Assembly: GCA_964444395.1 (NCBI GenBank)
Contig: CAYUHA010000005.1
Location: 1-22,012, forward strand
From: an uncultured Candidatus Saccharibacteria bacterium
Lineage (GTDB): Bacteria; Patescibacteriota; Minisyncoccia; Minisyncoccales; CAYUHA01
Length of the DNA: 22,012 bases
Reading direction: 5' to 3'
The position numbers and the translations under genes are program-made. This document shows positions 1 to 7,890 of the stretch, piece after piece. The stretch's first letter is position 1, and each line of letters starts with the position of its first letter. Below the pieces are notes generated by a model. That model ran no database searches. It was not told where the DNA came from and worked only from the letters and a program-made list of their open reading frames with translations.

Positions 1-148
1 CTCTGGCTCCTTTCAAGTGCACAGTAACAACAGAAGCAATCAAGGCAATTACTGCCAAAACCACTAAAAGTTCTATAAGAGTAAATCCAATACCTTTTTC
101 TTTTTGAAAAAAGCGCTGGATAAGAAATTTAGTCTTAAAAGTAAACAT
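1..148 (-). CDS. Type IV pilin/pseudopilin-like protein. N-terminal part only; the 3' end lies beyond the window start.
   Basis: The reverse-complement of 1-148 translates to MFTFKTKFLIQRFFQKEKGIGFTLIELLVVLAVIALIASVVTVHLKGAR. This carries the canonical class-III prepilin signal G|FTLIEL, with Glu at +5, followed by a hydrophobic helix. It is not in the ORF track because it is short and partial. Confidence 0.65.
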   Translation of the reverse strand, partial: MFTFKTKFLIQRFFQKEKGIGFTLIELLVVLAVIALIASVVTVHLKGAR

Positions 149-250
149 ATTAAGTTTCAAAAATCTTACAACAAATCTTACAAAATCTTATAAATCAGAT
201 TTTGTAAAATTTTGCGAAACCTTTTGTAAAATTCGTAAAAAAACTAAGTT
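149..250 (-). promoter_or_regulatory. Repeat-rich upstream region of the pilin gene. It contains three direct repeats of ATCTTAYAA, the 11-bp inverted repeat TTACAAAATCT/AGATTTTGTAA, and two copies of TTTTGTAAAATT.
   Basis: Direct reading of 160-235. The position immediately 5' of the pilin start on the minus strand suggests a promoter or operator, but no consensus promoter hexamers are confidently identified. Confidence 0.3.
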
Positions 251-1054
251 CTATTTTTGGCAAATTGGACAGAAATAAGCTGAACGGCCGGCAATGGTTT
301 GTTTTTTTAATTTATGCTTTTTGTTTAAAGGACACCTCATATCGCCGTATCTATGAGAGATCAGCCAACTCTTTTTAGAAATCTGCTGATAAGGTATTTG
401 CGCTTCAATAGCTCGTTTCAATATCTTAATCATATTTTTATAAATTTGGATTTTCTCTTTTAGAGATAAACTTTTTATTTCTCTGCGGGGATTTATTTTT
501 GCTTGAAATAATATTTCGTCAGAATAAATATTGCCAATTCCTGCAATAATTCTTTGGTCCAATAAAACCGCTTTAATGTTTTTTTCTTTGTTCTCATCTA
601 AAATTTTTAAAAAGCTTTTTTCAGAAAGCATTAAAGGCTCAGGACCCATTTCTTTTAATAATTCTATCTCTTTTAAATCTTTAACCAAATAAACTCTTCC
701 AAGCTTTCTTAAATTCAACCAGTGCAACTCATCGCCATCTTCAAATTTAAAAATTAATCTAATAAATCTATCTCTTTTAGTTTTTGATTCTTCGGGTTTT
801 AAATAATAAAAACTTCCAGTCATTCCAAAATGAAAAACCAGCTTTTCAGGAATTTGCTTGATTTCTATAATCAAAAATTTCCCCCTGCGCCAAGCATCTT
901 TAAAACTTTTCCCTATCAGTTTATTTTTAAAATCTTTAAAACTTATTCTTTTTATCAAATCTTTAGCAAAACACTCGATATTAACAATCTTTTTATTAAG
1001 GGCAGTCTTTTTAAAATATCTCTTAAAATTTTCAACATCTGGCAATTCTGGCAT
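251..1054 (-). CDS. mutM: Fpg/Nei family DNA glycosylase (formamidopyrimidine-DNA glycosylase-like).
   Basis: N-terminal MPELPDVE with the catalytic Pro2/Glu3, an H2TH region (LLDQRIIAGIGNIYSDEILFQAKINP), and a C-terminal C4 zinc finger (CPLN...CPICQK). Confidence 0.8.
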   Translation of the reverse strand: MPELPDVENFKRYFKKTALNKKIVNIECFAKDLIKRISFKDFKNKLIGKSFKDAWRRGKFLIIEIKQIPEKLVFHFGMTGSFYYLKPEESKTKRDRFIRLIFKFEDGDELHWLNLRKLGRVYLVKDLKEIELLKEMGPEPLMLSEKSFLKILDENKEKNIKAVLLDQRIIAGIGNIYSDEILFQAKINPRREIKSLSLKEKIQIYKNMIKILKRAIEAQIPYQQISKKSWLISHRYGDMRCPLNKKHKLKKQTIAGRSAYFCPICQK

Positions 1055-1096
1055 AATTTATTATAAAAATAAAAATATTTATTTTTTGTTTTTATT

Positions 1097-1390
1097 TTAT
1101 ACTCCTCCAAGCTCCTTTAAATATCTAATCAAATGGTCTATTTTCAATCTCTCCTCCCGAGTTTTTGCTCGATACTTCTCTTTTCTTAATTCTCTAAGCC
1201 GATCTCTATATTCTTGTTTAGAAATATAATCTCCGTATTTGTCATCTCTAAACACCTTCTTTTCTATTTCTACACGCTCCTTTAAGCTATATTTCGTGGT
1301 CCCCGCGCCAGGTATATATGGCGAAGCCTTTCTTAATACTTTCCTAAATCTTGCTCGAGATATCTGCTGTTTTTTCTTAAAGAGAGTCAT
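1097..1390 (-). CDS. Small basic hypothetical protein (97 aa, K/R-rich).
   Basis: An ORF with no overlap that sits between the CaCA and fpg genes on the same strand, 9 nt downstream of the CaCA stop. No family is recognised from the sequence. Confidence 0.45.
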   Translation of the reverse strand: MTLFKKKQQISRARFRKVLRKASPYIPGAGTTKYSLKERVEIEKKVFRDDKYGDYISKQEYRDRLRELRKEKYRAKTREERLKIDHLIRYLKELGGV

Positions 1391-1399
1391 AAAAATTAA

Positions 1400-2434
1400 T
1401 TAAAACAAATTATAAAGCTTTGCTATAAATAAAATATATATCAAAAGATACATCAGTCCCTCCCAGACATGAATCCTACGAGAAATACCAGAAATTACAA
1501 AAAGCAAGGTAACTGCAATCAGAAACGGAAAACCAATATTAAAAGTCGCTTTATCCACTATTAAAGGATGAATTAAGGCAGGAATGCCTGTCACAATTAA
1601 AATATTAAAAACATTAGAACCAAATACATTCCCTAAAGCGACTTCGTACTTCTTCTTTGCCGCCGCCTGAATCGAAACCACTAATTCTGGAAGCGAAGTG
1701 CCAACTGCTACCACAGTAATGGCAATTAAAGAGGGGCTAACTTTTAAAATCTCTGATATTTTTAAAACCGACTCAATAGTATAATTAGCTCCCACAATAA
1801 CACCAACTAACCCAAAAATTAAAAAAAGAAATGGTTTAAAATTAAGCCCTTCTGAAACTTCTTCTATTTTTTCTTTTGTCTCTATTTTTGCTTCTTTTTC
1901 TCTTCTTTCTACCCTTGAAGGTAAAACTTCAACAAATTCCATTTTTTCTTCTTCTTTTTCTTTCCGCCGAAAAAATGTATATAAAAGATAAATTAAAAAA
2001 CCTAATATAAGCAATACTCCTTCCCAAAAAACAACATTTTTATCCCAAATTATAAAAGCAAAAAGAACAGTAGCCACAGCCAAAAGAGGCGCATCTAAAT
2101 CAATTAAACTTCTTTTAACTATAAGAGGGCGGGCTATAACTGCTGAAAATCCAACAATTAAGAGAATATTTGCTAAATTTGAACCAATGACATTTGCTGT
2201 AACAACTTCTGTTACGCCTTTAAAAACTGCCGATAAAGAAGCAGCAAGTTCCGGAAAAGAAGTACCAACAGCAACCACAGTCACTCCTATTATAAAAGGA
2301 GAAACCTTTAAAGCAATTGCAATTTTCTCTGAACTTTCTACTATCCAATCAGCTGACTTTAATAAAAGAGCCAAGCTCAAAATAAAAATTAAAACCCAGA
2401 AAAACAGCATATATTTTAATTTTAAACTTTCCAA
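1400..2434 (-). CDS. CaCA family Na+/Ca2+ exchanger (YrbG-like).
   Basis: Two alpha-repeat signature regions (GTSFPELAASL...GSNLANILLIVG and GTSLPELVVSI...GSNVFNILIVTG), separated by a charged KE-rich cytoplasmic loop, with hydrophobic segments throughout. Confidence 0.8.
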   Translation of the reverse strand: MESLKLKYMLFFWVLIFILSLALLLKSADWIVESSEKIAIALKVSPFIIGVTVVAVGTSFPELAASLSAVFKGVTEVVTANVIGSNLANILLIVGFSAVIARPLIVKRSLIDLDAPLLAVATVLFAFIIWDKNVVFWEGVLLILGFLIYLLYTFFRRKEKEEEKMEFVEVLPSRVERREKEAKIETKEKIEEVSEGLNFKPFLFLIFGLVGVIVGANYTIESVLKISEILKVSPSLIAITVVAVGTSLPELVVSIQAAAKKKYEVALGNVFGSNVFNILIVTGIPALIHPLIVDKATFNIGFPFLIAVTLLFVISGISRRIHVWEGLMYLLIYILFIAKLYNLF

Positions 2435-2560
2435 AAGTTTTGTAAATGATATGCATAAAAATATTATTTTAAAAAAAATAAATTAAATAAAAAAAGAAGA
2501 GCATAATCACTTTCTTAATTCTCTTTTCTTAATTTCTTTTTTTTTATTTTCTTTCCCTTT

Positions 2561-2608
2561 TAGCTGTGCATATTTCACCCACGATCGTGGGTGAAATATG
2601 CACAGCTA
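2561..2608. repeat. 48-bp perfect palindrome centred on CGATCG.
   Basis: tagctgtgcatatttcacccaCGATCGtgggtgaaatatgcacagcta; every pair was checked and complements. It is intergenic, upstream of the CaCA gene. Confidence 0.9.
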
Positions 2609-2860
2609 TGCTTTTACAAAAATCTAATAATTCTAAATTAATAGCTCAATAATAATAAAAAAGTAATAATGAAAAAATAGTAATAATAAAAAAATAACAA
2701 ATAAAGAATTAATAATACCTTAAACAATACCAGTACATATTTAAACCACGACCGCAGTCTAAATATGTTATGTGTTATCAATAAAATAAATAATTCTTCT
2801 TCCTTTTATACTATTAAAAGTGCAAAAACAAAATTACAACACTCTTACAATTTAAAAATA

Positions 2861-2888
2861 CCCTCACAAAATGAGGGCATTTTATTTT
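2861..2888 (-). terminator. Rho-independent terminator downstream of clpP (hairpin CCCTCA-caaaa-TGAGGG with flanking T/A runs).
   Basis: A 6-bp GC-rich stem followed on the plus strand by CATTTTATTTT and preceded by an A-run. It lies about 75 nt beyond the clpP stop. Confidence 0.55.
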
Positions 2889-2963
2889 GATCGTTCTCGT
2901 TGTTTATTTTTCAATCTTCTCTATTCAATCTTCTCTAAATTAAAGATCTTAATAAGGTTCGTC

Positions 2964-3560
2964 TTAAATGTTTTTAACTTCTTTTGTTTCTATCACCTTA
3001 TCAATTATTCCGTAATCTTTAGCTTCCTGTGCTGATAAGTAAAAATCTCTATCAGTGTCTTTTTCTATCTTTTCTAATGGCTGGCCAGTGTGTTTAGACA
3101 AAATTTTATTTAACTTGCTTTTGATTTTAATAATCTGCCTTGCGGTAATCTCAATCTCTACCGCTTCTCCAGTTACCCCTCCCGCTACCTGATGGAGTAA
3201 AATTTCGGAATTAGGTAATGCAAAACGCTTACCTTTGGTTCCAGAAGCAAGTAAAGTTGCTCCCATTGAACCAGCTAACCCAATACATACCGTAGAAACA
3301 GGACATTTCACATATTGCATAGTATCATAAATTGCCATACCCGCAGTAACAGACCCGCCGGGAGTGTTAATGTATAACTGAATATCTTTCTGGGAATTTT
3401 GAGAAGCCAGAAACAAAAATTGAGCAATAACTGAATTAGCAAGCGCATCAGTAATAGGTCCGGCAAGAAACACAATCCTCTCCTTTAAAAGTCGAGAATA
3501 AATATCGTAAGCCCTTTCTCCATATTTAGATTTTTCAATAACTGTTGGAAATAAATTCAT
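2964..3560 (-). CDS. clpP: ATP-dependent Clp protease proteolytic subunit.
   Basis: Full-length similarity pattern to ClpP, including the active-site region [11 protein letters not shown] (Ser), His in ILLHQVAGG, and the conserved tig-clpP gene order. Confidence 0.92.
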   Translation of the reverse strand: MNLFPTVIEKSKYGERAYDIYSRLLKERIVFLAGPITDALANSVIAQFLFLASQNSQKDIQLYINTPGGSVTAGMAIYDTMQYVKCPVSTVCIGLAGSMGATLLASGTKGKRFALPNSEILLHQVAGGVTGEAVEIEITARQIIKIKSKLNKILSKHTGQPLEKIEKDTDRDFYLSAQEAKDYGIIDKVIETKEVKNI

Positions 3561-3580
3561 AAATTATATATTTTATTTTA

Positions 3581-3630
3581 ACATTTAAACATTTTAACAT
3601 TACAATGTTAAAATGTTAGTATGTTAAAAT
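3581..3630. promoter_or_regulatory. Array of AACATT(T)/AATGTT half-sites. It includes a 30-bp inverted repeat (AACATTTTAACATT-ac-AATGTTAAAATGTT) in the clpP upstream region.
   Basis: Pairing around the centre at 3602/3603 was checked base by base: 14 bp match on each arm. There are three direct copies of the half-site on each side. Confidence 0.45.
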
Positions 3631-3650
3631 TTTAAAATAATTTATTCACG

Positions 3651-4925
3651 CTAATTGCTTATTTTTTGAAAACTCAAAAGTTTTTCAAAAACTTTCTTAT
3701 TTCTTATCCCTCCTTTAATATACTCTTTTAATTGATCTAAATCAAGTTTTTTCTTTACCTCCTCCACGCTTGAATAATGACTTAAAGTTTTATTCAGCTC
3801 TTTCTCCAACTCTTCTTCAGAGACTTGAATATTTTCTCTTTTACCAATTTCTCTTAGCACTAAAAAATTCCTTACAGTTTTCCTTGAATCTTCTAAAAAT
3901 GAATCCTTAATTTCCTTTTCTGTTTTGTTTAATTTACTTAAATACTCTTCAAAGGGAATTTTTAAATTTCTTGAAACCTGCTGCTTTAAATTATCCAATC
4001 TATTTTCTACCTCCCTCTCAATCAAAATTTCAGGAATCTCAAAATTAGATTTTTCAGCGGTTTTTTCTAAAATCTCTCCACAAACTCTTTGAGACTCTAA
4101 TTCTTCTTTCTCCAAAATCAAACCTTGTTTAATACTTTGTTTCAAGGCTGCTAAATTCTCAAAATTTCCTAATTTTGCAGCAAATTCATCGTTAATTTCT
4201 GAAAGTTCTACTTTTTGCACCGAATTTATTTTAACCTTAAAATTTATCTCTTTATTGAACTTTGGAATATTTAAAGAAAACTCTTTTTCGTCGCCTGCCT
4301 TCATTCCTTCTAACTTCTGCTCAAAACCAACAACAAAATGACCTTCACCTAATATAAATCCATCAGTAAACACCTTCCCTCCTTCAATTTGAGAAGATTG
4401 ATAACTAATCTCTATAAAATCTCCTTTGCGTGCTTCTCTATCTATTTGGCTAAGTTTTGCTCGAGATTTTTGAAGCAACTTCAACTCTTTTTCTATTTCT
4501 TCCTCTTGAACTGAAATTTTATTTCTCTTAACTTGCTTAGCGATTTTTTTATAATCAGCTAAATTAATTTCTGGTAAAACAAAAAATTCAGCCTTAAACT
4601 CAAAACAAGTTTTTTGGTTTTCTTCATCAGGAAACCTTAATATCTTAATATCTGGGGAAGAAACCGCTTCAATTTTATTCTCTAAAATCGCTTGAACATA
4701 CTTCTTTCTGCATGCCCTTTCAGCTGCCTCTTTTAATATCCTTTCTCGTCCTACTTCTTTTTCAATAATTTCTTTTGGCAAGTGTCCTTTTCTAAATCCT
4801 TTAATTTGAAAACTTTTTCCTAAATTAAAAATAGCCTCTTCTATAAAAGGACTAAATTCTTCAAAAGGAATTTTAATTCTAAGCTCAAGTTTTGATTTCG
4901 GAAGATTTTGGATAGAAACCTCCAT
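3651..4925 (-). CDS. tig: Trigger factor (ribosome-associated chaperone/PPIase).
   Basis: Typical N-terminal ribosome-binding region (MEVSIQNLPKSKLELRIKIPFEEF), an FKBP-like middle domain, and a C-terminal arm. It sits immediately upstream of clpP, as in many bacteria. Confidence 0.88.
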   Translation of the reverse strand: MEVSIQNLPKSKLELRIKIPFEEFSPFIEEAIFNLGKSFQIKGFRKGHLPKEIIEKEVGRERILKEAAERACRKKYVQAILENKIEAVSSPDIKILRFPDEENQKTCFEFKAEFFVLPEINLADYKKIAKQVKRNKISVQEEEIEKELKLLQKSRAKLSQIDREARKGDFIEISYQSSQIEGGKVFTDGFILGEGHFVVGFEQKLEGMKAGDEKEFSLNIPKFNKEINFKVKINSVQKVELSEINDEFAAKLGNFENLAALKQSIKQGLILEKEELESQRVCGEILEKTAEKSNFEIPEILIEREVENRLDNLKQQVSRNLKIPFEEYLSKLNKTEKEIKDSFLEDSRKTVRNFLVLREIGKRENIQVSEEELEKELNKTLSHYSSVEEVKKKLDLDQLKEYIKGGIRNKKVFEKLLSFQKISN

Positions 4926-4954
4926 AAACAGTATTTAGTATCAGATAATAAATC

Positions 4955-5147
4955 TTTGAATTACGAAATAGATTTGTAATTCAAGAAAGAAATCCAAAAT
5001 TCAAAATCCTAAATCCTAAACAATATCAAAATTCAAATGTTCAAAATTCAAAACTGTTTTGGATTTTGAATTTTGTGCTTTGAATTTGTTTAGGATTTGT
5101 AATTTTGAACTTGGCGCTTATTTTGAATTACATTTTGTAATTCAAAG
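4955..5147. mobile_element. MITE-like hairpin-ended palindromic element, copy 1. It is inverted relative to copies 2 and 3.
   Basis: Its reverse complement aligns almost base for base with 7487-7677. Terminal hairpins TTGAATTACGAA-atagat-TTGTAATTCAA and TTGAATTACA-ttt-TGTAATTCAA; the element as a whole is a long imperfect palindrome. Confidence 0.8.
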
Positions 5148-5163
5148 AATAAGTATTAAGCAT

Positions 5164-6492
5164 TTATTTTTCTTCTTTTTCTTTAAGACTTTTTTCTGTT
5201 TTTTTCTTTTCTTCTTTAGATTCTTCCTCTACTTCCTTTTGTTCCTTTTGTTTTTGTTCCTTTTGTTCTTTTTGTTCCTTTTGTTCTTCTCCGCCTTCTT
5301 TTTCTTTTTTTGCTTCTTTTTCTACCTCTTCTTTTTCTTCTTCCTGTTTTTTTTCTTCTCCCTGTTTTTCCGGAGAACTTACATCAATTTTCCAGCCAGT
5401 CAACTTTGCTGCTAAACGAACATTTTGACCTTCTTTCCCTATTGCTAAAGAAAGCTGATCTTCAGGAACAATAACTAAGGCAGTGTTCTTTGGTTTAATT
5501 TTTACTTCTAAAACTTTAGCTGGAGCTAAAGAGTTAGCAATAAATTTTTCTGGATCTTCTGAATATTCAATAATATCAATTTTTTCTCCTCCTAATTCAT
5601 TAATTACCGCTAAAACTCTGGTTCCTCTTTGTCCAACTGCGGACCCGATCGGATCAACTCCTTCAGCCTTAGATTCTACTGCAATTTTTGTCCGAGAACC
5701 AGCCTCTCTGGCAATTGACCTAATTGCCACCTGTCCTTCAGAAATTTCAGGAACTTCAAGTTCAAAAAGTTTAGAAATTATTTTAGGATAAGCGCGGGAT
5801 AAAACTATTAACGGCCCGCGAGGAGTTTCTTCTACTTTTAAAATATAAAGCTTAAATCGCTGACCCGGACGATATATCTCTCCCGCAACCTGCTCTCCTC
5901 TTGGCAACACCCCTAATGACCTGCCAATATCAAAAAAAACATCTCCTTTTTCTATCCTTTGAACAATTCCTGATATCAATTCTCCTTCTTTTGATTTATA
6001 CTCTTCAAAAATTGCTTCCCTCTCTGCTTCTCTTAACTTCTGTAAAATAACCTGCTTAGCGGTTTGAGCGGCAATTCTGCCATATTCTTCTTTGGACTCC
6101 AACTCTATCTTTAATTCTTCCCCAACTTTAATATCTGGTTCTATTTTTCTAGCTTCCTTAATTAATATATGTTTTTCCGGATTAAATCGAATTTTTTCTT
6201 TTTCAACTTCCTCCTTATTTTTCTCCTTTTCTTTGTCTTTTTTTTCTCTTAACTCTTGCAATTCCTGCTCGGAATAAATCATCTTCTCGTCCACCACTTG
6301 TTTTATCTGCCAAAATCTAACATTTCCGGTTTCCGGATCAAGTTTTGCTTTTATTATCTGACCCTTTTTGCCGTAATCTTTTTTATAAGCAGCAGCAATA
6401 GCCGACTCAATAGTTTCAGTAACTTTCTCAGTAGAAATTCCTTTTTCTTCAGCAATTTGAGCTATAGCTGATGTAAAACTTTTTAAATCCAT
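5164..6492 (-). CDS. nusA: Transcription termination/antitermination factor NusA with a roughly 65-aa KE-rich low-complexity C-terminal tail.
   Basis: N-terminal domain, S1 domain (GELISGIVQRIEKGDVFFDIG) and two KH domains (GSRTKIAVES..., GEKIDIIEYS...). The C-terminus contains (QKE)n encoded by a 9-bp tandem repeat. Confidence 0.9.
   Translation of the reverse strand: MDLKSFTSAIAQIAEEKGISTEKVTETIESAIAAAYKKDYGKKGQIIKAKLDPETGNVRFWQIKQVVDEKMIYSEQELQELREKKDKEKEKNKEEVEKEKIRFNPEKHILIKEARKIEPDIKVGEELKIELESKEEYGRIAAQTAKQVILQKLREAEREAIFEEYKSKEGELISGIVQRIEKGDVFFDIGRSLGVLPRGEQVAGEIYRPGQRFKLYILKVEETPRGPLIVLSRAYPKIISKLFELEVPEISEGQVAIRSIAREAGSRTKIAVESKAEGVDPIGSAVGQRGTRVLAVINELGGEKIDIIEYSEDPEKFIANSLAPAKVLEVKIKPKNTALVIVPEDQLSLAIGKEGQNVRLAAKLTGWKIDVSSPEKQGEEKKQEEEKEEVEKEAKKEKEGGEEQKEQKEQKEQKQKEQKEVEEESKEEKKKTEKSLKEKEEK
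5233..5283. repeat. Coding microsatellite. On the plus strand it is roughly 5.5 copies of TTCCTTTTG, which on the minus strand is CAAAAGGAA, encoding QKE repeats in the NusA tail.
   Basis: Direct reading of the sequence. The translated tail reads QKEQKEQKEQKQKEQKE. Confidence 0.85.
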
Positions 6493-6645
6493 ATTCCTTC
6501 GCTCGCCTCGCCTTTCGGGCTTCGGCTTGCTCAGTCAAGTTAAAAATTAAAACTGAAAAGTGAAAAATTATGATTTTTTAATATTTCTTAATTCTTCTCT
6601 TTTATTTTTCATTTTTAGCTTTTCGTTTCTAGTTTTTACAAAAAG

Positions 6646-6663
6646 TGTCCGTTTTTACGGACA
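6646..6663. other. Hairpin TGTCCG-ttttta-CGGACA in the nusA upstream region. Its arm AAAAGTGTCCG is shared with the rsmA palindrome.
   Basis: A 6-bp stem read directly. The 11-mer AAAAGTGTCCG also occurs at 16417-16427. Confidence 0.5.
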
Positions 6664-6729
6664 TCCCAATCGTTTTTATTTAGTCACTTTCAATATTAAT
6701 CTTATCAATTTTAAAAATAATGTCAATAA

Positions 6730-6840
6730 CTGATTAACCCCCTCCCTTAAAAGGGAAGGATAGGAAGGGGGGATAAGAGGGGAGAGAGAAAAAATCAAAG
6801 AAAGAGAAAAAACAAGAAAAAGAGATTTAAAAGATAAACA
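6730..6840. repeat. Polypurine (GA-rich) tract.
   Basis: ccctcccttaaaagggaaggataggaaggggggataagaggggagagagaaaaaatcaaagaaagagaaaaaacaagaaaaagag is almost exclusively purine on the plus strand. Confidence 0.85.
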
Positions 6841-6842
6841 TT

Positions 6843-6893
6843 AAAATAAATATATATTTTCTTCTTTAAAATAAATATATATTTTCTTCTTTG
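6843..6893. repeat. Tandem duplication of a 25-bp unit (AAAATAAATATATATTTTCTTCTTT, two copies).
   Basis: Two adjacent identical copies were read directly. Confidence 0.85.
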
Positions 6894-6902
6894 CTTTCTA
6901 AC

Positions 6903-6940
6903 CATCTTCTAAAAATTGCGATCGCATAAATTAGAAGATG
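6903..6940. repeat. Imperfect palindrome centred on GCGATCGC. The stems are CATCTTCTAA/TTAGAAGATG and TGCGATCGCA, with a 4-nt internal mismatch.
   Basis: Pairing was checked base by base around the centre at 6921/6922. Confidence 0.8.
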
Positions 6941-7012
6941 AAGGAAAAAATATATTATAATTTATAATTCATACATATACATATATGCCAAATCCATATA
7001 TAATCAAATCAA

Positions 7013-7456
7013 TTAAAAAACATTCTTAATCGCATTTTTAAAATGTCTAACTTTTGCCTTGCCAGTTGCCGGATTAATTTTTATTCCAATAACATCAATT
7101 TGCCATTTTGAGTTAAAAGGAACTTTATTCTTATTTAACCAAATCTGAGCAAGTTTGATTAATTTTCTTTGTTTTTTAAAATCCACCCTGTCTTCTGGTT
7201 CAAAATTTTCATTTTGGCTAATAGTTTTAACTTCAACAAAATGAATAACCTTTTTTTCTTTAGCTTTATCTTTTTTCCAAAATGGAATTTTTTTATGAAA
7301 TTCAGCAATAATATCAATCTCTCCAAAACTAGAACTAAATTCGGTCTCTATTTTGCAATTCTTATTTAAAATTCTATAACCTTTACTTTTAAGATAATCT
7401 ACAGCAATCCTCTCTCCCAAATTTCCTAATTTCTTAGGGTTAGCTCTTGACATCAA
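7013..7456 (-). CDS. yraN: YraN (UPF0102) family endonuclease-like protein.
   Basis: Motifs LGERIAVDYLKSKGYRIL, GEIDIIAEF and HFVEVKT match the UPF0102/YraN pattern. There is a C-terminal extension of about 30 aa. Confidence 0.75.
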   Translation of the reverse strand: MMSRANPKKLGNLGERIAVDYLKSKGYRILNKNCKIETEFSSSFGEIDIIAEFHKKIPFWKKDKAKEKKVIHFVEVKTISQNENFEPEDRVDFKKQRKLIKLAQIWLNKNKVPFNSKWQIDVIGIKINPATGKAKVRHFKNAIKNVF

Positions 7457-7486
7457 ATAAAAAAAGTTTACACTTATTAATAGATT

Positions 7487-7677
7487 CTTGAATTACAAAA
7501 TATAGTTCAAAATAAGCACCAAATTCAAAATTACAAATTCTAAACAAATTCAAAGCACAAAATTCAAAGCCCAAAACAGTTTTGAATTTTGAACATTTGA
7601 ATTTTGATATTGTTTAGGATTTAGGATTTTGAATTTTGAATTTTTTCTTGAATTACGAATCTATTTCGTAATTCAAC
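7487..7677. mobile_element. MITE-like hairpin-ended palindromic element, copy 2.
   Basis: Same sequence family as 4955-5147 (inverted) and 10880-11156. Terminal hairpin TTGAATTACGAA-tctatt-TCGTAATTCAA and central palindrome CAAAACAGTTTTG. Confidence 0.8.
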
Positions 7678-7685
7678 GAATAATA

Positions 7686-7890
7686 GTTCTTTTTAAATGG
7701 GGGAGTATTAGGACAAGTTAACCAAGTGTATTGGTTAATACACCAAAAATGTCCTTTTCAGCCAACAGCTGAACTCCCCCACCATTTTAAAGAGAGGGTT
7801 AGTAAAAAAGCCATCTAAATCTAAAAAAACCTCCTTTTTTTCTCTCTGCTAACATGCTAACCCTCTCTTGAACTAACCAAAAATTTTTGG
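7686..7890. ncRNA. Cluster of strong nested stem-loops downstream of korB. It is either a candidate small structured RNA or a compound terminator, and its class is unknown.
   Basis: The outer stem TGGGGGAGT/ACTCCCCCA encloses the stem AGGACA/TGTCCT, which in turn encloses TTAACCAA/TTGGTTAA. A second long-range 12-bp stem AGAGAGGGTTAG/CTAACCCTCTCT follows. The palindrome AACTAACCAAAAATTTTTGGTTAGTT overlaps the korB stop. Confidence 0.35.

Noticed and set aside
149-250. A sigma54 promoter (GG-N10-GC) for the pilin gene.
   Set aside because: No convincing TGGCAC-N5-TTGCW match is present on the minus strand upstream of the pilin start.
830-2486. Plus-strand ORFs at 830-1066, 858-1229 and 2187-2486, together with other short antisense ORFs in the track (5483-5791, 6092-6471, 7169-7369, 12203-12476, 14315-14663, 15498-15701, 16271-16993, 17669-17872, 19752-19949, 20754-20975).
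   Set aside because: Each lies antisense to, or inside, a longer gene with a clear family assignment. Such ORFs are typical of AT-rich sequence, which has few stop codons.
5059-5415. A 118-aa plus-strand ORF rich in F/L (MDFEFCALN...FFFFLFF).
   Set aside because: It is an artefact of the polypyrimidine tract antisense to the nusA KE-rich tail and the MITE copy. It has no start context and it overlaps a well-supported gene.
5640-5660. A CCCGATCGGATC site inside nusA as a fourth CGATCG palindrome.
   Set aside because: The arms are too short (about 4 bp). It lies in a conserved coding region and is probably coincidental.
7686-7790. tmRNA or tRNA-like gene, suggested by the GGGGGAG...CCCCCACCA ends.
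   Set aside because: There is no T-arm (GGTTCGAAT-like) or D-arm and no tag-peptide reading frame of typical form, and the length is far too short for tmRNA. It is kept only as a generic structured-RNA candidate.
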